NCBI GenBank assembly: GCA_030826715.1
Contig: JAUUDL010000115.1
Span: 346 to 64,345, forward strand
Source: Hydrogenimonas sp.
GTDB lineage: Bacteria; Campylobacterota; Campylobacteria; Campylobacterales; Hydrogenimonadaceae
DNA: 64,000 nt
Direction: 5' to 3'
How positions within the stretch are numbered: position 1 is the first letter of the stretch; each line of letters starts with the position of its first letter. The notes under the pieces were generated by a model. It saw nothing but the letters and a program-made list of their open reading frames with translations, ran no database searches and was not told the DNA's origin. Both the position numbers and the translations under genes were made by a program. This document shows positions 37,998 through 47,586 of this stretch, one piece after another.

Positions 37998-39284
37998 ATG
38001 AACAAAATCAAGATGAGTCTTGTTGCAGCGATCGCAGCGGCTGCAGCCACCACAGGCGCCAACGCAGGTGCTCTCGACAACATCCTCAGCAATCCGAAGC
38101 TCGATATCGAACTTCGACCGAGATACGAGTATGCCGATGTCGACAACAATGGTAAAGATTCCGCCAGTGCCCTGACGGTTCGTACCGCGTTGGGTGTCCA
38201 AACGGGTCTTTTCGATGTTGATGGCCTGAACTTGCAACTTCAGGCGATGAGTGTCGACCACTTCGGACTTGTTGCCGACTACGCACCTGTAGATTCAAAA
38301 TATGATGTTGTTGCCGATGGGCCCCAGACCCGTATGACACAGGCAAATATTTCGTACAGTGCCAACGATTTCACCGGTATCTTGGGTCGTAAAATGGTCG
38401 TTCTCGACAATGCCCGCTTCATCGGTAACGTCGGCTGGAGACAGATGCCTCAGACATACGACCTCGCGGCGGCTATCTACAACGGCGTCGAGAATCTGAG
38501 CCTTCTGGGCGCGTATGTCAACCGTGTCAACCGTATTTTCAACGCTCCGGGCAATGGCTTTAAAAATGATCATTTCGACACGGCAAGCGTACTGCTGCAT
38601 GCCACATACAAGGCGATGCCCGAATTGACATTGACCGCGTATGACTATATGATTGAAAACTTTGCCGATCATATCGGTATCCGTGCAACGGGAAAAGTAC
38701 CTGTCGGAGATATCAAACTGGGATATGAAGCGGAATATGCCGTCCAAAACGACCCGAGTATGACCGATGATGACGATGCCGCCAATACGGGCGTAGGCAG
38801 TGCAGATATCGAACAGGATGCCAGTTACTATAAAATCGGTCTTTCAGGAAGCATGAATGAGTTCACACTTGGTGTGGCATATGAGTTCCTGAGCGACAAA
38901 GGCGATGGCGATGTTGCATTCAGTACGCCTCTTGCCACACTGCACGCAATGAACGGATGGGCCGATGTCTTTCTTGCAACGCCAGCGGAAGGCTTGATCG
39001 ACACCAGTGTCAAACTCGCCTATAACGCCGGTGAATATGGAAAACTGGCTGCCATCTATCACAGCTTCAGCAGCGATTCCAAGAATGCAGCGGGCGATGA
39101 TGACCTCGGATCGGAAATCGATGCTGCTTACAAAATCAAAGTCGCCAAAGGTCTCGGCCTTCTGCTCAAAGGGGCATGGTACAGCAAAGGTGACGATTCA
39201 TTTAGTAATGAATATCCAAAGAACATCCAAGATACTACCAAATACTGGGTACAGCTCGACTACAAATTCCACGCCGAAATGTAA
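37998..39284 (+). CDS. Alginate-export-like outer-membrane porin following the nitrate-type ABC genes
   Basis: Signal peptide, RPRYE, RFIGNVGWRQ, FSTPLATLHAMNGWADVF, C-terminal beta strand. Confidence 0.78.
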   Translation: MNKIKMSLVAAIAAAAATTGANAGALDNILSNPKLDIELRPRYEYADVDNNGKDSASALTVRTALGVQTGLFDVDGLNLQLQAMSVDHFGLVADYAPVDSKYDVVADGPQTRMTQANISYSANDFTGILGRKMVVLDNARFIGNVGWRQMPQTYDLAAAIYNGVENLSLLGAYVNRVNRIFNAPGNGFKNDHFDTASVLLHATYKAMPELTLTAYDYMIENFADHIGIRATGKVPVGDIKLGYEAEYAVQNDPSMTDDDDAANTGVGSADIEQDASYYKIGLSGSMNEFTLGVAYEFLSDKGDGDVAFSTPLATLHAMNGWADVFLATPAEGLIDTSVKLAYNAGEYGKLAAIYHSFSSDSKNAAGDDDLGSEIDAAYKIKVAKGLGLLLKGAWYSKGDDSFSNEYPKNIQDTTKYWVQLDYKFHAEM

Positions 39285-39290
39285 CCTTTC

Positions 39291-39310
39291 AAACCGCCTT
39301 CGGGCGGTTT
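39291..39310. terminator. Intrinsic terminator between convergent genes
   Basis: aaaccgcc-ttcg-ggcggttt perfect hairpin. Confidence 0.8.
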
Positions 39311-39322
39311 GCTTCAGCAGTA

Positions 39323-40003
39323 CTATACATGGTTACTTGATGATGTGATCTTATATGCCTTCAGCAGTCGAAGGTAATTGTTAAAATAGAAAAACTCTTC
39401 AAAACGTTCGAATCCGTGATCTTTCAGCATCTTCTTTGTATCACGCTGAATGAAATCTTCCGCCAGCGGACATTCTACTTTGCGAATAGCCACTCTGATA
39501 TACCATGGTGCCTTGTCCACATCGAAGTTGTTGTAGTCGAGTATGGCAAAACGTCCACCCGGTTTGAGCGCTCTGTAGGCGTTTTGGATGATGATATCCC
39601 GCTTTTCCTGCACGAAACCGTGCAAAACGAAGGAGATGAAAACGACGTCATATTCGTTTTCGTAGGGCAACGGTTCGTCGATGCGGCGATCGACAAGTTC
39701 GATATTGGCGTAAGGTGCCGTGTTCTTGAGAAATTGCGCCTTCATCTCCGGCCCGATCTCCAGCGCCGTGATCTTGCCGCTCTCGCCGATATACTTTTTC
39801 ATCAAAAGTGCGTTTCGACCCGTGCCGGCACCGAAATCGAGCACCTTTTCGCCAGGTTTGAGTCCGATATCGGCGATCGCCTTGTCGATAAACTTCGGAT
39901 ACCACCCGAGTGTGATGAGATTCATCAAAGTATCGTAGTAACGGGCCTCGAAACCCGTCACTTCGACTTTGGAATCTTCCTGTCTGTATACTTTTTCATT
40001 CAT
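39323..40003 (-). CDS. Class I SAM-dependent methyltransferase (UbiE-like)
   Basis: VLDFGAGTG motif I, YRALKPGG. Confidence 0.88.
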   Translation of the reverse strand: MNEKVYRQEDSKVEVTGFEARYYDTLMNLITLGWYPKFIDKAIADIGLKPGEKVLDFGAGTGRNALLMKKYIGESGKITALEIGPEMKAQFLKNTAPYANIELVDRRIDEPLPYENEYDVVFISFVLHGFVQEKRDIIIQNAYRALKPGGRFAILDYNNFDVDKAPWYIRVAIRKVECPLAEDFIQRDTKKMLKDHGFERFEEFFYFNNYLRLLKAYKITSSSNHV

Positions 40004-40608
40004 TGTTTGATAGTGACGACAATAGCCCCGCGAAGGTCACCCATTTTGTAACCCGTCGCCTTGTCGGTCGGGTAGGTTTTGTCGATCTTCGCTTTGAGCG
40101 CCGGATCGATGTTGCTTCCATGGCATTTGAGGCAGACTGGTTTGTTGATCAGCAGCGGTTTGTAATATTTGTATCCGCTCTGCGTCTTTTCTACCAGATG
40201 TCGCGGAAGACGTACATGGTTGGCATGGAGCGTCTCGAGCGCTTCCAGGACCGCTTTTTCGTCGCCCGTGGCTTCGTTCGCCGGATTTCTCGGCTTGAGC
40301 GTCACCCGTTTGACACTGACGTTCTTGCCGAGCTGGTTGTCGACTTTCGCCGTCAGCTCTGCCGCTTTCATCGAGCAAAACTCCAAAGCGTCGGTGGGAC
40401 CGCCCGCTTTCATATGTTTTTTGAGATTGCCCCCGAGCGTTTTGAGAAGCAGCTGCGACGCGGCGTTTCCCGTTTTGACGACCGCGGCGATTTCCCCTTT
40501 ATTTTTTTTGCCATTGGCGGATGCCGTTTTCTCTTTCATATTTTGTGCCCCGAATGCCATGCTTGTCATCACTGCAACAGACAGTGCGATCATCGTTGTT
40601 TTTTTCAT
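40000..40608 (-). CDS. DUF3365/Tll0287-like periplasmic c-type heme protein
   Basis: Signal peptide, ALEFC, KPRNPAN, CLKCH heme motif, YPTDKATGYKMGDLRGA. Confidence 0.88.
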   Translation of the reverse strand: MKKTTMIALSVAVMTSMAFGAQNMKEKTASANGKKNKGEIAAVVKTGNAASQLLLKTLGGNLKKHMKAGGPTDALEFCSMKAAELTAKVDNQLGKNVSVKRVTLKPRNPANEATGDEKAVLEALETLHANHVRLPRHLVEKTQSGYKYYKPLLINKPVCLKCHGSNIDPALKAKIDKTYPTDKATGYKMGDLRGAIVVTIKQ

Positions 40609-40691
40609 ATGTACGCTCCTTGTTTTTGGAAATTTTATAGCAAATATCTAATTGCGATCATAATACAGCAAAATTAATTTATTTATATGAG

Positions 40692-40722
40692 AAAGAGGAC
40701 GGCCGAATATCTACCGACCGTC
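40692..40722 (-). terminator. Probable terminator after the DUF3373-like gene
   Basis: Minus-strand gacggtcgg/tcggccgtc stem with G-U pairs, followed by a pyrimidine tract. Confidence 0.5.
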
Positions 40723-40747
40723 TCAATGAAGAAGAAATCTATAGAAA

Positions 40748-42208
40748 TCAGTATTGATATCGAACCGTGAAACGGATATCCTGGGCATTGTCGCTGCCGC
40801 CACCATATTCACTGGCATCGTAATCCGGTGATTCCCAATAGCAGATGGTATTGTTTCTGTAATGGTAATCGAGATAGGTGTATCGCAGTTGCGCCGAAAG
40901 ATTTCTTCCAAGAAGAGGCAGATTCCAATAGGCTTCATACGCATTACCGCGTGTCGCAATTTTGGAGCCGATCGCCGTATCTTCAGCCCATGTCATTGGC
41001 GTCCAATATTTACTGCCATAGTTGTACTCTATACCAATATGACCATTTTCGGTAAAGGTATCGGGGAAGATGAAACCTGTCCAGAAGCTGTAGCCTGTTT
41101 TGCTCTTCGTGCTTCCGAGCATTTCGTAACCGTCATCGGGATTGGTATTGGTAAGGGCGCCACTCACGAAGAAAATGGAGTCGTCGAGAAAATCGTTGTC
41201 TTCATTCAGTCCTGTGACCTGCAAAGAAAGTGCACCCAACTGGGTCGTTCCCGCAGCGACTTTTGCTTTACCATCAGAGATTCTTCGACCTTTCGAGTTG
41301 AAAATAGCCGCATACTGGCCCATCAAATCGAATTGGCCGTCATTATAGAGTGCCATCGGCATGACGAAAAAGTTGACACTACCGTCATCGTCGTAGTTTG
41401 GAGCATGATTTTGTACATAGACATAAGGGGCGTTGCTGTGCGTTTGGTTGACCGGATCGTGTGCACGTCCATAGACCAGTTTGACATACGCACCGGGCAG
41501 ACCTGTCACTTTGCTCAGATCGAGGCGCGTCATAGCCGCTTCCACTTCCATGTTGGTGATGTGTGCCAATGGTGAGCCGGGTTTGTCGTCACCTTGACGC
41601 CAGTTGGCGAGAAATCCTTCGGTCGAAGGACGACGTCCGATACTTATATCGAAAGGCACTTTCCCATCTTTGTTCATGCTGTAGATGAAATAGGATTCAC
41701 GAATCTTAAAGACGGCATCGTCCGGAAGAGAACTTCCTCTCCAATCGACCTGCTGGAAAGGTTCACTCGATAATATTTTATTACCGCCCCATGTTTTGTA
41801 CATAGCCATCTGACCGAAAAATCGAAGATTTTTGATGGGTTCGGCACTCATGTTCAGCCAGAGACGGCTCGTAAGCAGTGACGGGTTGGTCATGCCGCTG
41901 CCATCGTTAAGTTTGTAATGGATATTTTCTACACCGACACGATAATCGGCGCTCCATTTGATATTGTCTTTGGCATCATGAGCCTTGACGACATTGAGTT
42001 GCTTCTCTATATAGCCAAGATCATCGACTGTCTTCTTGCTCGATGATTTGACTTTTTCAAGTTCCTGGCTCAAAGAGTCGACTTTTTTCTGATATTCGAG
42101 AAGCTGCTGCTGCATTTGCTTGAGCTGCTGCTGAACATCTGCACTGGCTTGCGCAAAAGCCATAGAAGAAAAGAGCATTGCTGCACATGCGGCACTGATT
42201 ATACGCAT
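40748..42208 (-). CDS. DUF3373-like outer-membrane beta-barrel protein
   Basis: Signal peptide, coiled coil, SRLWLNM, IGRRPST, EYNYGSKYW, terminal RYQY; start at 42208 after the AAGGAG RBS. Confidence 0.8.
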   Translation of the reverse strand: MRIISAACAAMLFSSMAFAQASADVQQQLKQMQQQLLEYQKKVDSLSQELEKVKSSSKKTVDDLGYIEKQLNVVKAHDAKDNIKWSADYRVGVENIHYKLNDGSGMTNPSLLTSRLWLNMSAEPIKNLRFFGQMAMYKTWGGNKILSSEPFQQVDWRGSSLPDDAVFKIRESYFIYSMNKDGKVPFDISIGRRPSTEGFLANWRQGDDKPGSPLAHITNMEVEAAMTRLDLSKVTGLPGAYVKLVYGRAHDPVNQTHSNAPYVYVQNHAPNYDDDGSVNFFVMPMALYNDGQFDLMGQYAAIFNSKGRRISDGKAKVAAGTTQLGALSLQVTGLNEDNDFLDDSIFFVSGALTNTNPDDGYEMLGSTKSKTGYSFWTGFIFPDTFTENGHIGIEYNYGSKYWTPMTWAEDTAIGSKIATRGNAYEAYWNLPLLGRNLSAQLRYTYLDYHYRNNTICYWESPDYDASEYGGGSDNAQDIRFTVRYQY

Positions 42209-42246
42209 CGGAGTTCTCCTTGTTCGTGGATTGAGAGGGATGGGTT

Positions 42247-42319
42247 GTGCCGTGAAACCCTTGTCATGGCGGTTCATCAAATTTAGGAGGAGAAATTAGC
42301 TACCAGGGTTTCACGGCAC
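42247..42319. promoter_or_regulatory. 15-bp perfect inverted repeat with a 43-nt loop containing an anti-SD (minus strand CUCCUCCU)
   Basis: gtgccgtgaaaccct (42247-42261) and agggtttcacggcac (42305-42319). Confidence 0.6.
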
Positions 42320-42353
42320 GGTATTTCAAACTTTTATATCTCTAATTTGCGGA

Positions 42354-42689
42354 TCAGCAAGAAGGAATATTTCCGCTGCCTTTACCGAATTCATACATGA
42401 AATCAAAAATATGTTTTTTATATTTTTTTTCAAATTTCGGGCTTTCGATGAAATCTTTGGCCGCAGGGCACTCTTTTTCCAACAGTTCTTTGAATTTTCC
42501 GCTTTCGTAAGCTTGTTGCCACTCTTTTTGTGTATGTTTCATGGCCAAATCACCACCGGTCATGCCACATGCCTCTTTCATCTTTTTTTGATAGACTCGT
42601 TTGCCTTTATTGGCATCAGCCATTGCAGCTGTAGAGATGAAGCCTGCGCTGAGTGTTGCAGCCAATGCTATTTTTGCAAGTGTTTTCAT
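42354..42689 (-). CDS. Small periplasmic cytochrome-c-like protein lacking a canonical CxxCH
   Basis: Signal peptide, ADANKGKRVY N-terminus, ACG...KH, ECP, C-terminal IPSC. Confidence 0.75.
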   Translation of the reverse strand: MKTLAKIALAATLSAGFISTAAMADANKGKRVYQKKMKEACGMTGGDLAMKHTQKEWQQAYESGKFKELLEKECPAAKDFIESPKFEKKYKKHIFDFMYEFGKGSGNIPSC

Positions 42690-42833
42690 GGAAACCACCT
42701 TTCAGTTGAGTATTTCATGCAATTATCTATTGCATCGGCTGGAATTATATGTTATTTTTTCTTAGATATATCTAATTTAATAAACTAATTAAATTAATAA
42801 ATATTAATGATGTATAAAAGAGTAATTTTTACA

Positions 42834-43328
42834 TCATTTGTTGGATTTATTATGAATTTGATCAATCAAAATACCTTGCACCACTGCTGCAATGAGCGTA
42901 TAAACGGTAATGATCGCCGTAAAAGTAAGCCCGAAATAGTCGATCATGATCGGCAGCAGCGGAACTTTCACCGCCCTGGCGTAAAAGAATGTCGCCACAA
43001 GGCCGTCGCGTAAGCCGTGCCTTTTCAGATCTTCGATCATCGGGTACCAGGCGTACATGGGCCCGTGGCTTGCGATGCCCGCCGCAAGAGCGATAAGCCA
43101 CCCCTTCAGCCCGCTCTTATCTCCCAGATGAACCGCTGCATCCTTCGGGTCGAAAAAGTAGTTGATCATCGCGGTCAGGAAGATTACGATCAGAAGAATC
43201 GGGCCGATTTTTACCAAAACCATGCCGCTTTTTTCAAGTGCCGTGATCAATTTTTCGTGATGGAGTGCCGCAACTACGGCATAGAGCACTAAAACCGCCA
43301 TCAGGAACTTGACACCTTTGAATTTCAT
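42834..43328 (-). CDS. Small permease subunit (DUF318/ArsP-like half)
   Basis: Multi-pass, SHGPMYAWYP; ATGA overlap with the partner gene. Confidence 0.78.
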   Translation of the reverse strand: MKFKGVKFLMAVLVLYAVVAALHHEKLITALEKSGMVLVKIGPILLIVIFLTAMINYFFDPKDAAVHLGDKSGLKGWLIALAAGIASHGPMYAWYPMIEDLKRHGLRDGLVATFFYARAVKVPLLPIMIDYFGLTFTAIITVYTLIAAVVQGILIDQIHNKSNK

Positions 43329-43756
43329 CGCAACGCTCCAAGTGTCCAAACGGTGGCGACGGAGACGACGATCGTCGAGATGAAGGCCAGTATATTCCTA
43401 TAAATAGTAAAACGCACGCCCAGCACTTCCGCTTCGGCAGGAAGCTGTACGACGCCGAGTGTGACCCACGCCAGAATGAAGGCCGTAACTGCACACATCG
43501 ACACGCCCTGCTGCAGCAGTTCGCCGCCGAGTATATAGCTGATAAGCGCCTGTCCCACGGCGATCGCTCCGGCGATCGTACCCGTGATCGTGTCCCGGAC
43601 CGGATCGCCCGTGAACATCGAAGCGAGCATCTCTTTTGAGATAAAAACCTGAAAAAGCCCCACAAGCCCGATGACGGCAAGCAGCGTCGGAAGCATCGCC
43701 ACCAGCCCGATGAACGCTTTTTTCAGCGATTTTGCAAAACTTCTTTTTCGCTTCAT
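43325..43756 (-). CDS. Small permease subunit (DUF318/ArsP-like half)
   Basis: Multi-pass, GQALISYILGGELL, WVTLGVVQLPAE. Confidence 0.78.
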   Translation of the reverse strand: MKRKRSFAKSLKKAFIGLVAMLPTLLAVIGLVGLFQVFISKEMLASMFTGDPVRDTITGTIAGAIAVGQALISYILGGELLQQGVSMCAVTAFILAWVTLGVVQLPAEAEVLGVRFTIYRNILAFISTIVVSVATVWTLGALR

Positions 43757-44460
43757 ACTTCGATGACTCTTCCAACGCCCCCTTGCAGATAGTGATCGCC
43801 GAACGCCTCTTTGAACATTTCGATGGCCAAATCGCCGCTGCAGTGGGTCGGGCAGACATTCTGCACACCCAAAGCCTCGAGTTTTTCGATGACTGCCGCA
43901 ATTTCGGTAGCGTCGGAATACATCAGGTGAAATCCTCCCATCAAAAGCACGATCGGCTTGCTCAGCATCTCTATGGCGCGTTCCGCGATATTTTCAACAC
44001 CCGGATGCGCGCATCCTGTCACGACGACGAGCCCTTGATCAGTATCGATCACAACCGACTGCTCGCCGATTTCGCCCATCACGCCTGTGGACCATACACT
44101 CGGAAGAATCTCGCGCGGCTCTTTTCCTATGACGGTGACCCCCAGGCTCTGGGCATTCAGATCCCGTATCAAATGTTTCGAAAGGGAAGAGGGGGCGAAA
44201 ATCTTCAGATCCGGATGAACTTCGAGTACCGAATCGACGCCGCCGATATGGTCCCAGTGCGGATGCGACAGCACCAGAGCTTCGGCCTTTTGAAGATCGA
44301 CCCCGAGCCTTTCCATATTTTTCAAAAGAACCCGTCCGTTGCTTCCCGTATCGAACAGAAAAGTGCTCTCATCCGTTTCGATGAAACATGAAAATCCCCA
44401 CGGTGTGGGAAAACCTTCGAGATAGGCGTAGTTGTCGAAAACGATGGTGAGTCTTGTCAT
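43753..44460 (-). CDS. MBL-fold metallo-hydrolase
   Basis: LFDTG, SHPHWDHIGG, GCAHPG, GGFHL, HCSG. Confidence 0.9.
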   Translation of the reverse strand: MTRLTIVFDNYAYLEGFPTPWGFSCFIETDESTFLFDTGSNGRVLLKNMERLGVDLQKAEALVLSHPHWDHIGGVDSVLEVHPDLKIFAPSSLSKHLIRDLNAQSLGVTVIGKEPREILPSVWSTGVMGEIGEQSVVIDTDQGLVVVTGCAHPGVENIAERAIEMLSKPIVLLMGGFHLMYSDATEIAAVIEKLEALGVQNVCPTHCSGDLAIEMFKEAFGDHYLQGGVGRVIEV

Positions 44461-44524
44461 ACATAATCCTTTTCGGAGTTGTTCTCAAATTGACACAATA
44501 GTCACTACACGTTACTATACCAAA

Positions 44525-47008
44525 ATGAATCACCTTAAGATGCTTCCAATCCACGATATTATCCCACGACTGCTCGACGCATTGTCGCATCACGATCGGG
44601 TGTTGCTGCAGGCGGCACCGGGTGCGGGCAAGACGACCGTCGTACCCCTGGAACTGCTCGATGCGCACTGGCTGAAAGGCCAAAAGATCGTCATGCTCGA
44701 ACCCAGGCGGCTGGCGGCGCGGAGTGCGGCAATGCGCCTGGCGCAAAGCCTCGGCGAAAAGGTTGGAAAGAGGGTAGGGTACCGGATGCGCGGGGAGACG
44801 AAGGTATCGCCCCAAACCCGCATCGAAGTGGTGACCGAGGGGGTGTTGACGCAGATGCTACTGTACGATCCCTCGCTCGAAGGTGTCGGACTGCTTCTTT
44901 TCGACGAATTTCACGAGCGCTCGATCCATGCCGATCTTTCGTTGGCGCTCTCTCTGCAGACCCAGGAGATTTTGAGAGAAGATTTGAAAATTTTGGTCAT
45001 GTCGGCGACGCTGCAGACCGAAATGGTCACCGAACTTCTTCAAGATGAAAAGAGAGAGGTACCCGTCATCACCAGCGAAGGGCGCACCCATCCCATCCAA
45101 TACCGCTATCTCGATATCAAATCGCCCCCTCCAATGCCTGAGCAGATCGCCGAAACAGCGGTGGCAAAAACTATTGAAATGCTCGAAGAGGAGGAGGGAG
45201 ACATTCTCGTCTTTCTCCCCGGAGCCAGGGAGATACGCCGTGCAGAAACCCTTCTGCGGCAAAAGAGAAACGATCCCGATCTCGTCATAGCACCGCTTTT
45301 TGGCACGATGGACACCCAGGCGCAGCGGCGAGCCATCGAACCCGCGTCTACGGGTATGCGAAAAATGGTCCTCGCCACCAATATCGCCGAAACGAGTCTC
45401 ACGATCGAAGGGGTGCGGATCGTCATCGACTCGGGGCTGGAGCGGACCGTTTTTTACGACGCCGCCTCGGGCATGAACCGCTATGAGACTATCCCCATCA
45501 GCCAAAACTCCGCCACGCAGCGGGCCGGTCGGGCGGGGAGGGAGGCACCCGGTATCTGCGTCAGGCTCTGGCATGAAAGCAGAAGGCTCGTCGAATATGC
45601 CAAGCCCGAAATCCTCCGAAGCGACCTCGCCCCTGTGATGATGAGTCTCGCCGCATGGGGCGCACGCCCCGAAGAGCTCAAATGGATCGACCCGCCACCA
45701 CCGCACGCCGTCGCTCACGCCGAAGCGCTTCTTCTCCGTCTGGGCATCATCGATGAAAAAGACAGACTCACGCCGCACGGCACGGATGTGATGCGCCTGG
45801 GGCACCATCCACGCATCGCCCATATGCTCTTGAAAGCCAAGACAATGGGCCTTGGCTACGAAGCCGCGCTTCTGGCGGTTTTGCTACAGGATCGCCCCCC
45901 TCTCAAAAAACAGAGCGATCTGAGCTTCTCGCTCGAAGATTTCCATCGGGCACTCCACGACAAAAGCTTTCGTCGATATAAAGATTTGGTGCAAAAAGTG
46001 ATGAAAGAGCTTGATATTCATTCATATCAAGCCATAAACCCGCAAAAAGCGGGCATTCTGGTGGCGATGGCCTATCCCGAACGAATCGCCAAATCCAGAG
46101 GCGACGGCGGACGCTACCAAAGCGTATCGGGCAAAGGGCTCCGTTTACGGGAGGGCGATACACTCGAGCGAACCCCGTGGCTCGCCGTAGCCGAAGCGGG
46201 CGGTATGGGCGCCGAATCGACGATATTTTCAGCCGCCCCTATGAATGTAGAGGATCTCCAGGCATTATCCGACCGGTTTGAAACATCCGATATTATCCGG
46301 TGGAACGATGAAAGAGATCGTATCGAGGCGCGCCGTATCGTCAGGTTCGGAGCCATCACGATCAAAAGCGAGCCACTTTCGAACCCCGATCCCGACCTCA
46401 TCGCCGAAGCGCTGCTCGAAGCGTTGGCGCAAAAAGTGATCAACACGCTACCGTGGGAGAAAAGAAGCCTCGCTCTGCGCCAGAGGATAGCCTTTGTCCG
46501 ACGTCATCGAGGCGAGCCATTTCCCGATTTGAGTGATGATGCGCTACGTCGGTCGATGAAAGAGTGGCTGCTGCCCTATATTCACGGCATGGGAAGTTTG
46601 AAAGATTTGCAGAAACTCGACATGGTCGCCATCGTAAGTAGTATGATCGGCTGGGAGAGGCAACAGGAACTGGGCAGGCTCGCCCCCGAACGCATCGAAG
46701 TCCCGAGCGGCTCCAGAATCGCTATCGACTACAGCGACCCTGAAAACCCTCTACTGCCGGTCAGACTTCAGGAGCTTTTCGGCTGGCAAAAAAATCCAAA
46801 TATCATGGAAGGGGAGGTGACATTGACACTGCATCTACTCTCGCCCGCCGGCCGCCCTTTGGCCATCACGCAGAATCTGAAGACATTCTGGCAGGACGCC
46901 TATCCCGACATTCGCAAAGAGATGCGGGGCCGGTACCCCAAACACTATTGGCCAGAAGACCCTCTGGTTGCCAAGGCGACAACCAGAACAAAAAGAGGGA
47001 TGAAGTGA
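44525..47008 (+). CDS. hrpB: ATP-dependent helicase HrpB
   Basis: GAGKTT, DEFHER, MSAT, TNIAETSLTI, QRAGRAGR, C-terminal GRYPKHYWP. Confidence 0.95.
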   Translation: MNHLKMLPIHDIIPRLLDALSHHDRVLLQAAPGAGKTTVVPLELLDAHWLKGQKIVMLEPRRLAARSAAMRLAQSLGEKVGKRVGYRMRGETKVSPQTRIEVVTEGVLTQMLLYDPSLEGVGLLLFDEFHERSIHADLSLALSLQTQEILREDLKILVMSATLQTEMVTELLQDEKREVPVITSEGRTHPIQYRYLDIKSPPPMPEQIAETAVAKTIEMLEEEEGDILVFLPGAREIRRAETLLRQKRNDPDLVIAPLFGTMDTQAQRRAIEPASTGMRKMVLATNIAETSLTIEGVRIVIDSGLERTVFYDAASGMNRYETIPISQNSATQRAGRAGREAPGICVRLWHESRRLVEYAKPEILRSDLAPVMMSLAAWGARPEELKWIDPPPPHAVAHAEALLLRLGIIDEKDRLTPHGTDVMRLGHHPRIAHMLLKAKTMGLGYEAALLAVLLQDRPPLKKQSDLSFSLEDFHRALHDKSFRRYKDLVQKVMKELDIHSYQAINPQKAGILVAMAYPERIAKSRGDGGRYQSVSGKGLRLREGDTLERTPWLAVAEAGGMGAESTIFSAAPMNVEDLQALSDRFETSDIIRWNDERDRIEARRIVRFGAITIKSEPLSNPDPDLIAEALLEALAQKVINTLPWEKRSLALRQRIAFVRRHRGEPFPDLSDDALRRSMKEWLLPYIHGMGSLKDLQKLDMVAIVSSMIGWERQQELGRLAPERIEVPSGSRIAIDYSDPENPLLPVRLQELFGWQKNPNIMEGEVTLTLHLLSPAGRPLAITQNLKTFWQDAYPDIRKEMRGRYPKHYWPEDPLVAKATTRTKRGMK

Positions 47009-47419
47009 TTATTTCGCTTCAGGGTTGAAATGGCTATAAATATATTCAGCCATGGCTTCGTCTGAAATTTTTCCTTCTCTTTTTTCTATTTCTTGAAGAT
47101 TGTAACTCATCGCTTCGTGATGTGCTTCCGTTTCGAAACCTTTGCTTCTGATCTCTTTGAGCTTGGCAGCGATCTCTTCCGCACTCAAATGATTGAGAGG
47201 AGGTCCATAAATATTTGAAGCACCTTCCGAAATGACGCCTACGCTCTTGGCTTCATTCGGGTTTACCCCTGGTAAAGGCTTCGCTTTCGGTACACCGTTC
47301 GCTTCTATCCCATGACAGTTGGCACATCGCTTTTGATAAATTTTTGCAATATTTGCAGCTCCAACGCTCAACGCCAACACAGAGGCCAATGACGCACAAA
47401 AGATCATTTTTGACTTCAT
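47009..47419 (-). CDS. Monoheme c-type cytochrome
   Basis: Signal peptide, CANCH, distal Met (HEAM); GAGGAG RBS before ATG 47419. Confidence 0.88.
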   Translation of the reverse strand: MKSKMIFCASLASVLALSVGAANIAKIYQKRCANCHGIEANGVPKAKPLPGVNPNEAKSVGVISEGASNIYGPPLNHLSAEEIAAKLKEIRSKGFETEAHHEAMSYNLQEIEKREGKISDEAMAEYIYSHFNPEAK

Positions 47420-47586
47420 GGTTACACTCCTCATATTTATGATATATCAATGATAACCTGAACAGAATTAATTGTACCTTATTCTCATTTTTTCTGTGAA
47501 ATGGTCGAATGTTGTATGAAAACTCGTTTCAAGCGATTGCCCATTCGATAGCCGATGACTCCGAGTGTCACACTCTTATGCCGTAC

